NCBI GenBank assembly: GCA_964386685.1
Contig: CAYLSX010000001.1
Coordinates: forward strand, 6,417 to 70,416
DNA: 64,000 nucleotides
Source of the DNA: an uncultured Woeseiaceae bacterium
GTDB taxonomy: Bacteria; Pseudomonadota; Gammaproteobacteria; Steroidobacterales; Woeseiaceae
Direction: 5' to 3'
In this document: piece after piece, positions 32,109 through 42,065 of the stretch
Layout of the letters: the number at the start of each line of letters is the position of its first letter
Numbering within the stretch: the stretch's first letter is position 1
Notes under the pieces: generated by a model
The model's database searches: none
What the model was told of the DNA's origin: nothing
Seen by the model: only the letters and a program-made list of their open reading frames with translations
Translations under genes and position numbers: made by a program

Positions 32109-33187
32109 CGGATTTTCAGACTCGCCAGGCCAACCAGCACGAGAATGACCGTGATTATCCAAAATCGGACGATGACTTTCGGTTCCGCCCAGCCTTTGAG
32201 TTCGAAATGATGATGCAACGGCGCCATGCGAAAGACACGACGACCGGTTAACTTGAATGACGCGACCTGGATAATGACCGACAGCGTTTCGACGACAAAT
32301 ACCCCGCCCATGATCGCCAGTACGATTTCCTGACGAACGACGACGGCAACGATGCCGAGCGCGGCGCCGAGTGACAGAGCCCCGATGTCGCCCATAAAGA
32401 CCTGGGCCGGGTAGGTGTTGAACCAGAGAAACCCCAGCCCGGCGCCAGCGAGTGCCGAGCAAAAAACCAACACTTCACCGGTGCCGGCAACATAGGGAAT
32501 GTCGAGATACTCCGCGAAATTAACGTTGCCGGTCACATAAGCAAAGACACCGAGTGCGCCGCCCACCAGGACGGTCGGCATGATGGCGAGACCGTCCAGA
32601 CCATCGGTCAGATTCACGGCATTGCTGAATCCAACGATGAACACGAAGGTGACGCCGATCTGCAATACACCCAGCGGTAACGCCAGGTCCTTGAAGTAAG
32701 GAATCAGGAGCGAGGTACTGACAGGGTCGACCGCCAGCATGTACAGAGCCACAGAGGCGATGATTGCGACCATCGATTGCCAGAACAGTTTCTTGCCTGC
32801 CGATAACCCGGCCGGATCCTGCAGGACCAGTTTTTTGTAATCATCGACGTATCCGATTACGCCGAAGGCGAGCGTCACGAATAGCACGATCCAGATAAAG
32901 CGGTTTTCCAGATTTGCCCAGAGCACCGTGCTGACGACGATTGCCGTTAATATCAACGCGCCGCCCATCGTCGGTGTGCCGGCTTTCGGCAGGTGCGTCG
33001 ATGGCCCCTGGTCGCGAACCGGCTGACCGACCTGATTGACAATCAACTTTGCGATCATGCGCGGCCCGATGACAAAGCACAGAATCAGCGCGGTCAGCGC
33101 GCTCAGAATTGCACGCAGCGTTAAATAGCTGAAGGCGTTGAAGCCGGATTCAAACTGCGTCAGATACTCTGTGAAATAGAGCAACAT
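32105..33187 (-). CDS. mraY: phospho-N-acetylmuramoyl-pentapeptide transferase
   Basis: 360 aa polytopic protein with the [11 protein letters not shown] and PLHHHFE motifs. Confidence 0.97.
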   Translation of the reverse strand: MLLYFTEYLTQFESGFNAFSYLTLRAILSALTALILCFVIGPRMIAKLIVNQVGQPVRDQGPSTHLPKAGTPTMGGALILTAIVVSTVLWANLENRFIWIVLFVTLAFGVIGYVDDYKKLVLQDPAGLSAGKKLFWQSMVAIIASVALYMLAVDPVSTSLLIPYFKDLALPLGVLQIGVTFVFIVGFSNAVNLTDGLDGLAIMPTVLVGGALGVFAYVTGNVNFAEYLDIPYVAGTGEVLVFCSALAGAGLGFLWFNTYPAQVFMGDIGALSLGAALGIVAVVVRQEIVLAIMGGVFVVETLSVIIQVASFKLTGRRVFRMAPLHHHFELKGWAEPKVIVRFWIITVILVLVGLASLKIR

Positions 33188-33189
33188 GA

Positions 33190-34554
33190 TCAGGCCTTGC
33201 GCTTCGTTGGCGGTTCATTGATCAGCGCCTCGACGACACGCTCCATTTCCATGAAGCGCGAGCCTTTGATCAATATGTTGGTATCTTCGGTTGCCGTGCG
33301 CTGCAGCTCTTCGACCAGACCATCGATACTCTCGTACCACTGTGCGCCGTTGCCGAAAGTCTTGACGGTGTTTTTGGAGAGCTTTCCGGTTGCCAGGATT
33401 CGATCGATACCCAGCCGCTTTGCCGCGCGGCCGACGGCCTTGTGCAACAGAACCTCGTCTTCGCCGAGCTCGCCCATGTCGCCAAGTACGAGCCAGTTGT
33501 GGCCGGGTTGCGCGGCAAGAAACTCGGCCGCAGCGATGACGCTTTGCGGATTCGCGTTGTAACTATCGTCATAAACTGTCACGGATGTAATGCGCTCGAC
33601 CGGTTGCAACCTTCCGGAAACAGCCTGCACGGACTCGAGTCCTTGCCGTATCTGTTTGCCATCCATGCCCAGCCCGTGGAGCACGGCTGCGGCGGCACAG
33701 GCGTTGCTGACGTTGTGTATGCCAGCCAACGGCAATCTGATCGGAATCTCTTCTGCGTGAATATGCAGATTGAAGATCATCAGGTCGCCGTCGGCCTCAA
33801 CATCGGTCGCAAAGACAGACGCATTCGCCTCGACACCGAAGCTGATAACGGTGTCGCCTGACAGCAGAGAATTCCAGTAAGCAAAATAGGGATCGTCGGC
33901 ATTCAACACGACGAATACCGGTGAGACATCGCCCTGCAGAATTTCTCCCTTGGCAGAGGCAACACCGTCCAGATCGCCAAAGCCCTCGAGATGTGCAGGC
34001 GCTGCGTTCGTGATCAAGACGACGTCGGGTCGCGCCAGAGACGTCAAATAGGCAATCTCTCCCGGATGATTGGCACCCATTTCGATCACCGCGTAACGAT
34101 GCTTCTCCGACAGGCTCAACAACATCAAAGGCATGCCGATGTCGTTATTGAGATTGCCGCGCGTCGCCAGCGTTTCTGCCGATTGCGACAGACAATTTGC
34201 AAGTATTGCCTTTACTGTTGTCTTACCGTTGCTGCCGGTAATACCAATGACCTTCGCCGGCATTCTCTGTCGCCACGAAGCGGCTAAAGTGCCAAGCGCC
34301 AGCCTGGTGTCGTCCACTGTTATCTGTGGAATATCAACATCCACGGCTTCGCACAGAACTGCGGCGGCGGCGCTCCTTTCTGCGGCCGCCGAAACGAATG
34401 CGCCGCCATCGAAATTCGGCCCTTGCAGTGCAAAGAACAGCTCGTCCTGAGCGAGCATTCGCGTGTCTGTACTGACACCTGCATAGCTGCGATCGGTACC
34501 GAGAAGCGTGCCATTCATGATGTGTGCTGCTGCTGCCAAGGTACCCTCGATCAT
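33190..34554 (-). CDS. murF: UDP-N-acetylmuramoyl-tripeptide--D-alanyl-D-alanine ligase
   Basis: Mur ligase with the [11 protein letters not shown]-loop, between murE and mraY. Confidence 0.95.
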   Translation of the reverse strand: MIEGTLAAAAHIMNGTLLGTDRSYAGVSTDTRMLAQDELFFALQGPNFDGGAFVSAAAERSAAAAVLCEAVDVDIPQITVDDTRLALGTLAASWRQRMPAKVIGITGSNGKTTVKAILANCLSQSAETLATRGNLNNDIGMPLMLLSLSEKHRYAVIEMGANHPGEIAYLTSLARPDVVLITNAAPAHLEGFGDLDGVASAKGEILQGDVSPVFVVLNADDPYFAYWNSLLSGDTVISFGVEANASVFATDVEADGDLMIFNLHIHAEEIPIRLPLAGIHNVSNACAAAAVLHGLGMDGKQIRQGLESVQAVSGRLQPVERITSVTVYDDSYNANPQSVIAAAEFLAAQPGHNWLVLGDMGELGEDEVLLHKAVGRAAKRLGIDRILATGKLSKNTVKTFGNGAQWYESIDGLVEELQRTATEDTNILIKGSRFMEMERVVEALINEPPTKRKA

Positions 34555-36071
34555 CGGCGCCGAGCGCTTTGGCTGCGGCGAGCAAATATGTTCGCCAGTG
34601 CCGCGTCGTAGTCTGAAAATGTGAGCCGCTGCTTGCCGATGAGCTGGTAATTTTCATGGCCCTTGCCGGCGATCAGTATGATGTCGTCGTCAGCTGCTTC
34701 GTGAATGGCGTAGGCGATCGCGGTAGCCCTGTCTTCGATAGCGATCGCGCCGGGTTTGTCCGCAATGCCCTGCATGACGTCAGCGATGATGTTGCCGGGC
34801 AATTCGGAACGTGGATTGTCGTTTGTCACGACAATGCGGTCCGCGAGTCTCGATGCCGCCTTGCCCATCAATGGCCGTTTGCCGCGGTCACGATCGCCAC
34901 CACAGCCAAAAACACACCAAAGAGACTTCCTGCAATGCGAACGTAGCGAGCGCAGCGCCGCCTCGAGGCCGGCCGGCGTGTGTGCATAATCCACATAGAC
35001 GCCAGGCGCCACGGAATCGACAACCCGCTGCATACGCCCGGGCGGCGCGGAGGCTTTGCCTAGTACCTCGCAGGCATCATCAATTGGGACGTCCCAGCTC
35101 AATAGCAGGCCCAATACACTGATCGCATTCGCGACGTTGAAGTTGCCCGGCAATGGCAGCTGAAAGTCCGCTGCTCCCCAGGAACTTTCAAATGCGATGT
35201 TTGATCCAGCTTCGGTTGCGACGACTGAGCGAACGAATACGAATTGCCGTCCGTTTGCGAGTCGGTCGAAACGGGTCGATACCGTAACGACGTTGTCACC
35301 ACATCGGTCGGCGAGCTCCTGGCCGAATTCGGTATCCATACAAATAATGCGGTGCTCTATATCGCGGTTGAGAAACAGCTGCGCCTTTGTCTCTCCGTAA
35401 GCCCGCATGCTGCCGTGATAGTCGATGTGATCGCGGCTCAGGTTGGTGAAAATTGCCGAGTCGAATTTCACGCCATTGATTCGGTCCTGCTGCAATGCGT
35501 GTGACGACACTTCGATGGCAGCATGGCCGGCGCCAGCGTCGCGGAAAATCGCCAGTTTTCGATGCAGATCGATACAGGCAGGCGTCGTCATGTCGCTGTC
35601 GCAGTCGAGATCACCGATGCCAAAACCGAGCGTTCCAAGGTAGGCGCAGGGATTGGCGAGTTTCTGCATGCATTGAGCGATGAGAAATGACACCGTTGTC
35701 TTGCCGTTGGTGCCGGTAACTCCGGCGACTTTCATCGATTCCGACGGTGTACCGAAATAGCGGTTCGCGATCTCGCCGACGTGCGTCGTCAGGCCGGCAA
35801 CAGGAATCATGGGTACATCGGAGTGCTGCGGCGCGACGACGTCGGCGCTGGAATCCCAGACGACGGCGTTAACACCGATCGCCAGTGCCTCGGTGACATA
35901 GTCGAGCCCGTGCCCCGTTTCACCGACGAGCGCGAAGAACACGTCGCCACGCGTCAGCGCCTTGCTGTCACTGGAAATGCCGCCCACGTCGATAGCCGGG
36001 GCCTCGGCGATACCGTCGAGCAAGTCTCTCAGCGTGCCACGGGGTGTCAGAGCTTCAGCCGGCATACTCAT
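34551..36071 (-). CDS. murE: UDP-N-acetylmuramoyl-L-alanyl-D-glutamate--2,6-diaminopimelate ligase
   Basis: GVTGTNGKTT P-loop and a DNPR motif (VTNDNPRSE) typical of mDAP-adding MurE. Confidence 0.95.
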   Translation of the reverse strand: MSMPAEALTPRGTLRDLLDGIAEAPAIDVGGISSDSKALTRGDVFFALVGETGHGLDYVTEALAIGVNAVVWDSSADVVAPQHSDVPMIPVAGLTTHVGEIANRYFGTPSESMKVAGVTGTNGKTTVSFLIAQCMQKLANPCAYLGTLGFGIGDLDCDSDMTTPACIDLHRKLAIFRDAGAGHAAIEVSSHALQQDRINGVKFDSAIFTNLSRDHIDYHGSMRAYGETKAQLFLNRDIEHRIICMDTEFGQELADRCGDNVVTVSTRFDRLANGRQFVFVRSVVATEAGSNIAFESSWGAADFQLPLPGNFNVANAISVLGLLLSWDVPIDDACEVLGKASAPPGRMQRVVDSVAPGVYVDYAHTPAGLEAALRSLRSHCRKSLWCVFGCGGDRDRGKRPLMGKAASRLADRIVVTNDNPRSELPGNIIADVMQGIADKPGAIAIEDRATAIAYAIHEAADDDIILIAGKGHENYQLIGKQRLTFSDYDAALANIFARRSQSARRR

Positions 36072-37795
36072 TGACTCATTGCCTGCATGACGCTGTCGGA
36101 ATCGAGTGTTGGCAAGGCGTCCGGCGCGACGGCCAGCAGCCTCAGCGATTCGGCCATGACATCTGCGAAGACCGGCGCCGCGACATCGCTACCGTAGTAC
36201 AGGTCGCCACCAGGCTCGTCGATGACAATGACGGCTGCCAGGCGTGGATCACTCGCCGGCGCCAGGCCCGCAAAAATGGAAACGTATTTGTCTTCGGAAT
36301 AACCACCCGCCGCAAACTTCCACGAGGTACCGGTTTTTCCGGCGATGCGATATCCCACGACGCTGGCTTTTGTGCCGGTGCCGCCGGGTCGAACTACCTC
36401 CTCCATCATGCGCCTGACAGACTTGGCCGTGTCACCATCAAGAACGCGCTCGCCGTCGTTCGCTTGATCGAGCTTTACAAGTGATATCGGCCGCCGCCAG
36501 CCGCCGCTGCCAATCACGGCGTAGGCTTGCGCGAGTTGTAACGGCGTAACGCTCACGCCGTAGCCATAGGCCAGTGTCGCCTGACTGATTTGCTGCCAAT
36601 GGTTGTAATGCGTCAGCAAGCCGGCGGACTCGCCCGGAAACCCTGATGAGGTCAGCGCACCAAGACCGAAATCTTTCATCGTTCCCCACAATTGATCCGG
36701 TTCCAGCGACATGGCGATTTTGGTCGCGCCGACGTTGCTCGATCTCGAGAGGACGGTGGTCAGGCTGATCCGCCCCAGATTTCGGCGGTCTTCGATTTTC
36801 TTCGGCCCGACGATAACGAAGCCCGGTGAAGTATCGATGTAGCTGCTCGGCCGATATCGGCCGGACTCGAGCGCAGCGGCAAGTATTAACGGCTTGATGC
36901 TGGAGCCTGGTTCGAAAATGTCGGTTACAGCCCGATTTCGATATCGCTCCGCCGAGTACTGGGCCCTGTCGTTCGGGTTGTAGGTCGGCTGATTCACCAT
37001 CGCCAAAACCTCGCCCGTCAGAACATCGAGAACGACAATGGATCCCGAGTCCGCGTTGTGCTTCTGAATCGCGGCCTTCAGAGTCCGATATGAGAGGTAC
37101 TGCAGGCGCAGGTCTATACTGGAAACCAGGTCCCTGCCATGGCGCGCCGGACGAATGCTTTCAACGTTCTCGACGGGCCGCCCCAAACGATCCTTTAGCA
37201 CTCGCTTGGCGCCGGATTCACCGCCCAACCAGTGATTGAACGCAAGCTCCAACCCTTCCTGCCCGTCATCATCGATGTTGGTAAAGCCCACGAGGTGACC
37301 TGCGACTTCACCGGCCGGGTAGTATCGGCGGTACTCACGCAACACGTTCACGCCCGGTAATTTCAAGGCCATTACCTTGTGTGCTTCCTGTGGGCTCAGG
37401 TGACGTTTGAGATAGAGAAACTCCTTGTCCATGCTTCGCGTTATTCGGCGCATCAGCAATGCCGAGTCCAGGTTCAACGCGCGTGCAAGTTTCGGCACGT
37501 TATCGACAGCCGAAGCCAGTTCTTCGGGATTTGCCCAGACACTGTCGACCGGTGTGCTGATCGCCAGTGGCTCGCCGTTTCGATCCGTAATTGTGCCGCG
37601 ATGCGCAGAGATTTTTTCCGTATGCAGGTGACGCGTATCTGCCTGGCGATTCAGGAAGTCCTTGTCGAGCACCTGCAGATAGACGGCACGCGCAATTAAT
37701 GATGTCGACACCAACACGAAAAACGCGATTATCAGCGCCACCCTGCCGACAAATCGTCGCGCGGTCTTTTGCTTGGTCTCTGCGCCCTTGCTCAT
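36068..37795 (-). CDS. ftsI: peptidoglycan D,D-transpeptidase FtsI (PBP3)
   Basis: N-terminal TM segment and transpeptidase motifs SSIKP, SSN and KTGT. Start trimmed to MSKGAETK (ATGA overlap with the ftsL stop). The 699-aa ORF-track version was rejected. Confidence 0.95.
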   Translation of the reverse strand: MSKGAETKQKTARRFVGRVALIIAFFVLVSTSLIARAVYLQVLDKDFLNRQADTRHLHTEKISAHRGTITDRNGEPLAISTPVDSVWANPEELASAVDNVPKLARALNLDSALLMRRITRSMDKEFLYLKRHLSPQEAHKVMALKLPGVNVLREYRRYYPAGEVAGHLVGFTNIDDDGQEGLELAFNHWLGGESGAKRVLKDRLGRPVENVESIRPARHGRDLVSSIDLRLQYLSYRTLKAAIQKHNADSGSIVVLDVLTGEVLAMVNQPTYNPNDRAQYSAERYRNRAVTDIFEPGSSIKPLILAAALESGRYRPSSYIDTSPGFVIVGPKKIEDRRNLGRISLTTVLSRSSNVGATKIAMSLEPDQLWGTMKDFGLGALTSSGFPGESAGLLTHYNHWQQISQATLAYGYGVSVTPLQLAQAYAVIGSGGWRRPISLVKLDQANDGERVLDGDTAKSVRRMMEEVVRPGGTGTKASVVGYRIAGKTGTSWKFAAGGYSEDKYVSIFAGLAPASDPRLAAVIVIDEPGGDLYYGSDVAAPVFADVMAESLRLLAVAPDALPTLDSDSVMQAMSQ

Positions 37796-38079
37796 TTTCG
37801 TTCGATTACGTAGATCTCGTCGGACTGTGGGCGTATCAGCGACATTTGTTCGACGGCAATGCGTTCTATTCGAGCATGCGTGGCCCACGTGCTTTGCTCG
37901 ATTTGCAATTGCCCCCATTCGATATTCAGTGCATCGCGTTCTGTCGTCAGATCTTCGAGTTCGACGAACAGCTTTCGCGAATCGTGTTTCGTATAAACAA
38001 TGGCCATCGCCGACAAAAAGCAAACCGCCACAAAAACGGTTATCAGCAGTAACGGTTTTCTTACCTGCATCAGCTCCAC
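37792..38079 (-). CDS. ftsL: cell division protein FtsL
   Basis: Small bitopic protein (TM segment LLLITVFVAVCFLSAMAIVY plus a coiled coil), between rsmH and ftsI. Start is GTG at 38079 or ATG at 38070. Confidence 0.85.
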   Translation of the reverse strand: MELMQVRKPLLLITVFVAVCFLSAMAIVYTKHDSRKLFVELEDLTTERDALNIEWGQLQIEQSTWATHARIERIAVEQMSLIRPQSDEIYVIERK

Positions 38080-39023
38080 TATTTTCGCTCCGCAATTCTG
38101 AGCCGCGCGCTTCTCGCGCGAACATTCGCTGCAATCTCTTCGCTTGTCGCACTGATCGCCTTTCCAATCAGCATGTACGGCGGCATTTTTTCCGCTGGTA
38201 TGGACGGAAGTCCGCGATAGGGTTCCGGCACTCTGGATGCGTTCCTCATGAATCGCTTGACGATCCGGTCCTCAATCGAATGAAAACTAATCACGCATAG
38301 ACGGCCACCGGCACGCAAGATGCGAACGGATGCCGCCAATGCGGATTCGAGCTGCTTCAGTTCCTGGTTGACTTCGATGCGTATTGCCTGGAACGTCTTC
38401 GTCGCCGGATGTTTGCGTCGGCCGTGTCCCGGAACTGCGCTCGACACGACGTCTGCCAACTGTTTCGTTCGCTCTATGTCCTGAAGCGATCTCGACGCGA
38501 CGATCGCTCGCGCGATGCGACTCGCAAACTTCTCGTCAGCATTTCTGGCGAGGACTTTTCTCAAGACTTTTTCATCCACATCGGCAAGCCAATCTGCTGC
38601 GCTGATTCCTGATTGCGGGTCCATTCGCATGTCCAAAGGTCCGTCGCGCATAAAACTGAATCCGCGTTCTGCTTGATCCAGCTGTGGTGATGAGACCCCC
38701 AGGTCGAGTAGCATTCCGTCCACCTGTCCGAGCAGGTCTTTTTCCAGCGCGATTTCTTCAAGTTCGGCAATTTCACCCCTTACAATTTCGAAGCGTGGAT
38801 CGTCAATTAATGTTGTCGGAGCTGCAGCTATGGCCTGTGGATCACGGTCGATTGCGATCAATCGACCATTCGGCCCAAGCGATTCCGTTATCGCCTTGCT
38901 GTGTCCCCCACGACCAAACGTCCCATCCACATAGCAACCGTCTGGCCGAATTTTTAGTCCATCAAGAACCGGTCCTTTAAGGACCGGTACGTGAATACCT
39001 GGTGCCTCCCTTGGCTTGTTCAC
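38079..39023 (-). CDS. rsmH: 16S rRNA (cytosine1402-N4)-methyltransferase RsmH (MraW)
   Basis: HVPVL..DGTFGRGGHS SAM-binding signature. Second gene of the dcw cluster. Confidence 0.96.
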   Translation of the reverse strand: MNKPREAPGIHVPVLKGPVLDGLKIRPDGCYVDGTFGRGGHSKAITESLGPNGRLIAIDRDPQAIAAAPTTLIDDPRFEIVRGEIAELEEIALEKDLLGQVDGMLLDLGVSSPQLDQAERGFSFMRDGPLDMRMDPQSGISAADWLADVDEKVLRKVLARNADEKFASRIARAIVASRSLQDIERTKQLADVVSSAVPGHGRRKHPATKTFQAIRIEVNQELKQLESALAASVRILRAGGRLCVISFHSIEDRIVKRFMRNASRVPEPYRGLPSIPAEKMPPYMLIGKAISATSEEIAANVRARSARLRIAERK

Positions 39024-39040
39024 GATGCAATCGCAATCGT

Positions 39041-39490
39041 CTATAACGACAGCGATTCAAGCTCGGGTGGTAAATCTCCATCGTCGTCGGCGTTAAGCCA
39101 GTCGTCCCGTATCGCGTTCCAGCGCTCCTCGTCCCAGAGCTCAAACTTGTGGCCCTGCCCGATCAGCATTGCCGTTCGCTCGAGACCAGCGACCTCACGA
39201 AGTTCCCGTGACAGCAAAATGCGTCCTGCACCGTCGACGTCGACTTCGGTCGCATAGCCGAGCATGATTCGCTGCATTTCCCGGGAGCGTTTTTGCAAAC
39301 TCGGAAGCCGTACGAGTTTTCGTTCGATCTCTTCCCAGTCCGGCAAGGGATAGATGAGAAGGCAATGGTCCCTGTCGAGCGTGATGACGAGCTGGCCATC
39401 ACAGCGCGTAGCAATCCGTTCCCGATAACGGGTTGGAATAGCCAGACGCCCTTTGGCATCCAGTGTGATTTTGGTGGCCCCACGAAACAC
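39041..39490 (-). CDS. mraZ: transcriptional regulator MraZ
   Basis: GTG start. MFRGATKITLDAKGRLAIP matches the MraZ N-terminus, with two SpoVT/AbrB-like repeats. Confidence 0.95.
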   Translation of the reverse strand: MFRGATKITLDAKGRLAIPTRYRERIATRCDGQLVITLDRDHCLLIYPLPDWEEIERKLVRLPSLQKRSREMQRIMLGYATEVDVDGAGRILLSRELREVAGLERTAMLIGQGHKFELWDEERWNAIRDDWLNADDDGDLPPELESLSL

Positions 39491-39529
39491 GGCGCATTTG
39501 ATGAGCTTGTAGCCATGGCGAACGAGCTA

Positions 39530-39555
39530 GCCCATCTCCTCCCACTTTTTTCCAC
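39530..39555 (-). promoter_or_regulatory. MraZ operator: three direct GTGGR/TGGGC repeats
   Basis: The minus strand reads GTGGAaaaaaGTGGGaggagaTGGGC with 10-11 nt periodicity, between the -10 box and the mraZ start. It resembles the three TGGGN repeats bound by E. coli MraZ. Confidence 0.6.
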
Positions 39556-39563
39556 TTTTCAAC

Positions 39564-39592
39564 ACTATATTCGGGCGATTCATCAGGGTCAA
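39564..39592 (-). promoter_or_regulatory. sigma-70 promoter of the dcw cluster (Pmra)
   Basis: The minus strand reads TTGACC-N17-TATAGT, about 75 nt upstream of the mraZ start. Confidence 0.7.
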
Positions 39593-39843
39593 CCGAAAGC
39601 CTAATTAATTCTTGTTCTACAGAGACTTAGGGGCTATTCGGTGGCCGAATTCGGGCGAATTGTGGCGCCTAATTGGAACTATAAATCAGCGACTTAAGGC
39701 CGATTTCTCGATCTGTACTTATATATAGGTCGCCACACGGCGACATTGAAGGGATTTTGCACAGTTTGCGCGAGCCAGGACTGGCGATGCGCTGATCACT
39801 CGGCGATCGGCAAGTTATGTAAAAAGGGGGGCCGCGCTCTATT

Positions 39844-40229
39844 GGGTGAGAAAGCAAGAGCCGGCAATAAGCCGGGTTCTGTCGTGGACAACCATTCATC
39901 TGGGACGACCGTCACCGATCGCCTCTAGCAACCTACCCGGGAGTCCGCTCAGGCGCGCGGTGCGGGCCGAAGCCCACTACTCCCCTATTTGGTCTTGCTC
40001 CAGGCGGGGTTTACCGTGCCGCGGCGTGTTGCCACCCGCGCGGTGCGCTCTTACCGCACCTTTTCACCCTTACCGGCGCATAAGCGCTGGCGGTATATTT
40101 TCTGTGGCACTTTCCATGGGCTCTCGCCCTCCAGGCGTTACCTGGCGCCCTGCCCGATGGAGCCCGGACTTTCCTCCGCGATCAGAAATAATCGATCACA
40201 GCGGTTGTCTCGCCGACTCTTACTTTCTC
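39844..40229 (-). ncRNA. rnpB: RNase P RNA, bacterial type A
   Basis: The minus strand contains GGAGGAAAGTCCGGGCTCC (P4 5' strand) and ACGACAGAACCCGGCTTA (P4 3' strand). An 18-bp P1 helix pairs GAGAAAGTAAGAGTCGGC with GCCGGCTCTTGCTTTCTC. Ends are approximate to within a few nt. Confidence 0.93.
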
Positions 40230-40238
40230 GAGCCGCGC

Positions 40239-40244
40239 ATTATA
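40239..40244 (-). promoter_or_regulatory. -10 box of the rnpB promoter
   Basis: Perfect TATAAT on the minus strand, 9 nt upstream of the P1 5' end. The -35 region is poor and overlaps the actF stop codon. Confidence 0.55.
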
Positions 40245-40269
40245 CCGAATTCTGTGCAGGCGCCAGTAG

Positions 40270-41538
40270 CTAGTAAGCGGGGCCCTCTTCGCCGGCGGCA
40301 TCCCGCATCTCCCAAGCGGATATCATCGGGAAAACCTTGAAGAGGAGAAGGAACATCATGAGAAATCCGGCAAACAGGCCGATAGCCAGCACCCATTCCA
40401 TCGCCGATGAGAACGGCACATGGTCTTCAACGAGGGCTGGCACGACGAGTAGATAGCGATTGATCCACACGCCGACATTTATAACTGCTGCGACGATGAG
40501 CAAGGACCACCAATTGCGTTTGACGGGTGAGAAAATCAGCGTACCAAGCGGAAAACCGAACACACAGAAAATCATGACCCAGAAATACGGCGCGTAATGT
40601 CCGGCCATCTGGGCATGCATGGGCCCAAGTTCCTGAGGCAGGTTGCCGAACCAGGTTACGAAGAACTGCGCCCAGAACATATACAACCAAAGCAAGGCGA
40701 ATCCGGTCAGAACGATGCCCACACTCTTTAATTGAAACTTACCAAAAAAGTCTTCGAGACCAAGCATTCGGCAAGTTAGGGCACCGAGCATTAGTACCGC
40801 CGCTGTCCCGGCGAGCATGTTGCCGAGGATGAAATACATCGGAAATACGGTGCTGTGATAATGCGGGAACAACATCATGCCGAAGTCCCAGGAAATGATG
40901 GTATTGGTAATGACGGCAACGACCAGCACCACGGGTGCATAGAGAAACATGTTGCTCTTCAATCTCTGGTCGTCGCGACCTTGCCGTAGTGACCATAGCC
41001 AGCGATACAAACTGCGGCGCCAGGCGGGTCCGGTCTGCGCCGATTCGCTCGTTACGTCGGGCAGCAGGCCCATCAGAAAGTAGACGACTGTCAATCCGTA
41101 GAAAGTCAGTTGCGCAATCAGATTTCTGAGCAACAAGAAGTCGGCATTCAGCCACGGGCTAAGATGCTCGCCGGGCTCAGGCGAAAGCCAATAGAACAGA
41201 TGCTCTTTGCCGTATGCAAAAATCAGCAAAAACAAGATGATGGCAAACGGAAAAAACGCCAGCGTCGCGACTTCACCGAGGCGATAAAACGGTCGTCCCC
41301 AGTTCGTCCGGCAGATCCGCATGATTGCCGAAAAGGCCACGCCGAACTGGCTTATGCCAAGAAGGAAAATGAAATTCGCGGTGAAGAATCCCCAGGGTAT
41401 CGAATCCGGCGCCGTCGTCAGCAAGTACGCGAAACTGCCTGCTCCGGCCAGGAACAGTACGCCGAGGACCAGCAATATCGTGGAGTAGCCCTTGCGTCCC
41501 GCGGGCACTCCGATCGCGATGTCGCTAACGCTACTCAT
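40270..41538 (-). CDS. actF: Alternative Complex III subunit ActF (NrfD/PsrC-like membrane subunit)
   Basis: 422 aa polytopic protein paralogous to ActC. Last gene of the act operon, with an ATGA overlap with actE. Confidence 0.8.
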   Translation of the reverse strand: MSSVSDIAIGVPAGRKGYSTILLVLGVLFLAGAGSFAYLLTTAPDSIPWGFFTANFIFLLGISQFGVAFSAIMRICRTNWGRPFYRLGEVATLAFFPFAIILFLLIFAYGKEHLFYWLSPEPGEHLSPWLNADFLLLRNLIAQLTFYGLTVVYFLMGLLPDVTSESAQTGPAWRRSLYRWLWSLRQGRDDQRLKSNMFLYAPVVLVVAVITNTIISWDFGMMLFPHYHSTVFPMYFILGNMLAGTAAVLMLGALTCRMLGLEDFFGKFQLKSVGIVLTGFALLWLYMFWAQFFVTWFGNLPQELGPMHAQMAGHYAPYFWVMIFCVFGFPLGTLIFSPVKRNWWSLLIVAAVINVGVWINRYLLVVPALVEDHVPFSSAMEWVLAIGLFAGFLMMFLLLFKVFPMISAWEMRDAAGEEGPAY

Positions 41539-42065
41539 CCTTCGCCGAATACTTCCTTGATGAAATTGACCAGGTGCCAGCGATCTTCGGCCGGCATCGC
41601 CTGTCGATAGAACGGCATCGCAATGCTGCCGTGGCTGATCGTATAAAAGAGCTGGCCGTCAGGTTGCAGCTGTACATAGTCGAGATTGAGTTCCATGGGC
41701 TGTGGCACGAACTTCTGGCCTACCGGGCCGTCTCCACGACCCTGCGCACCATGGCAGACCAGGCAATGTATTTCGTACATCTCCTGCCCGCGAGCCAGCG
41801 ATTCCGGTGACTTCGGCACTGGGTTCATGAGGGTCTTGCCAGCTTCCAATCGTGCTCGAACCAGTTCGATAATGTCCTTTGGTGGCGCGAAGACGTCCTT
41901 GCCATCGGTGGGTACGGACGTCTCGGGACTCTCAATGATCGAGTCCTGAGGCTTCATCGACGGCTGGTCGACCATGTCCTTGTCCCAAGGCAGTGTCATA
42001 GCGGATCCCGGGATCGCCATCAGGCACGCAACGCCCAAGAGCTGCGATAGACGAATGCCTCTCAT
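41535..42065 (-). CDS. actE: Alternative Complex III monohaem cytochrome c subunit ActE
   Basis: Signal peptide and a single CLVCH haem-binding motif, between actD and actF. Confidence 0.8.
   Translation of the reverse strand: MRGIRLSQLLGVACLMAIPGSAMTLPWDKDMVDQPSMKPQDSIIESPETSVPTDGKDVFAPPKDIIELVRARLEAGKTLMNPVPKSPESLARGQEMYEIHCLVCHGAQGRGDGPVGQKFVPQPMELNLDYVQLQPDGQLFYTISHGSIAMPFYRQAMPAEDRWHLVNFIKEVFGEG

Noticed and set aside
30750-32462. Very long N-terminal extensions in the ORF track that look like fusions or large overlaps. Examples are murD at 570 aa, ftsI at 699 aa, sucC at 416 aa, pilR at 476 aa, coxA at 637 aa, pilA at 178 aa and murA at 445 aa.
   Set aside because: The extensions are Arg-rich read-through of the upstream gene in another frame. 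Canonical N-termini with ATGA or RBS-supported starts lie downstream and give family-typical lengths.
39846-40340. Plus-strand ORFs of 164 aa and 94 aa (39989-40273) between mraZ and actF
   Set aside because: They overlap the RNase P RNA gene, whose conserved P4 and P1 elements are clear on the minus strand. The translations are Pro/Arg/Ser-rich noise.
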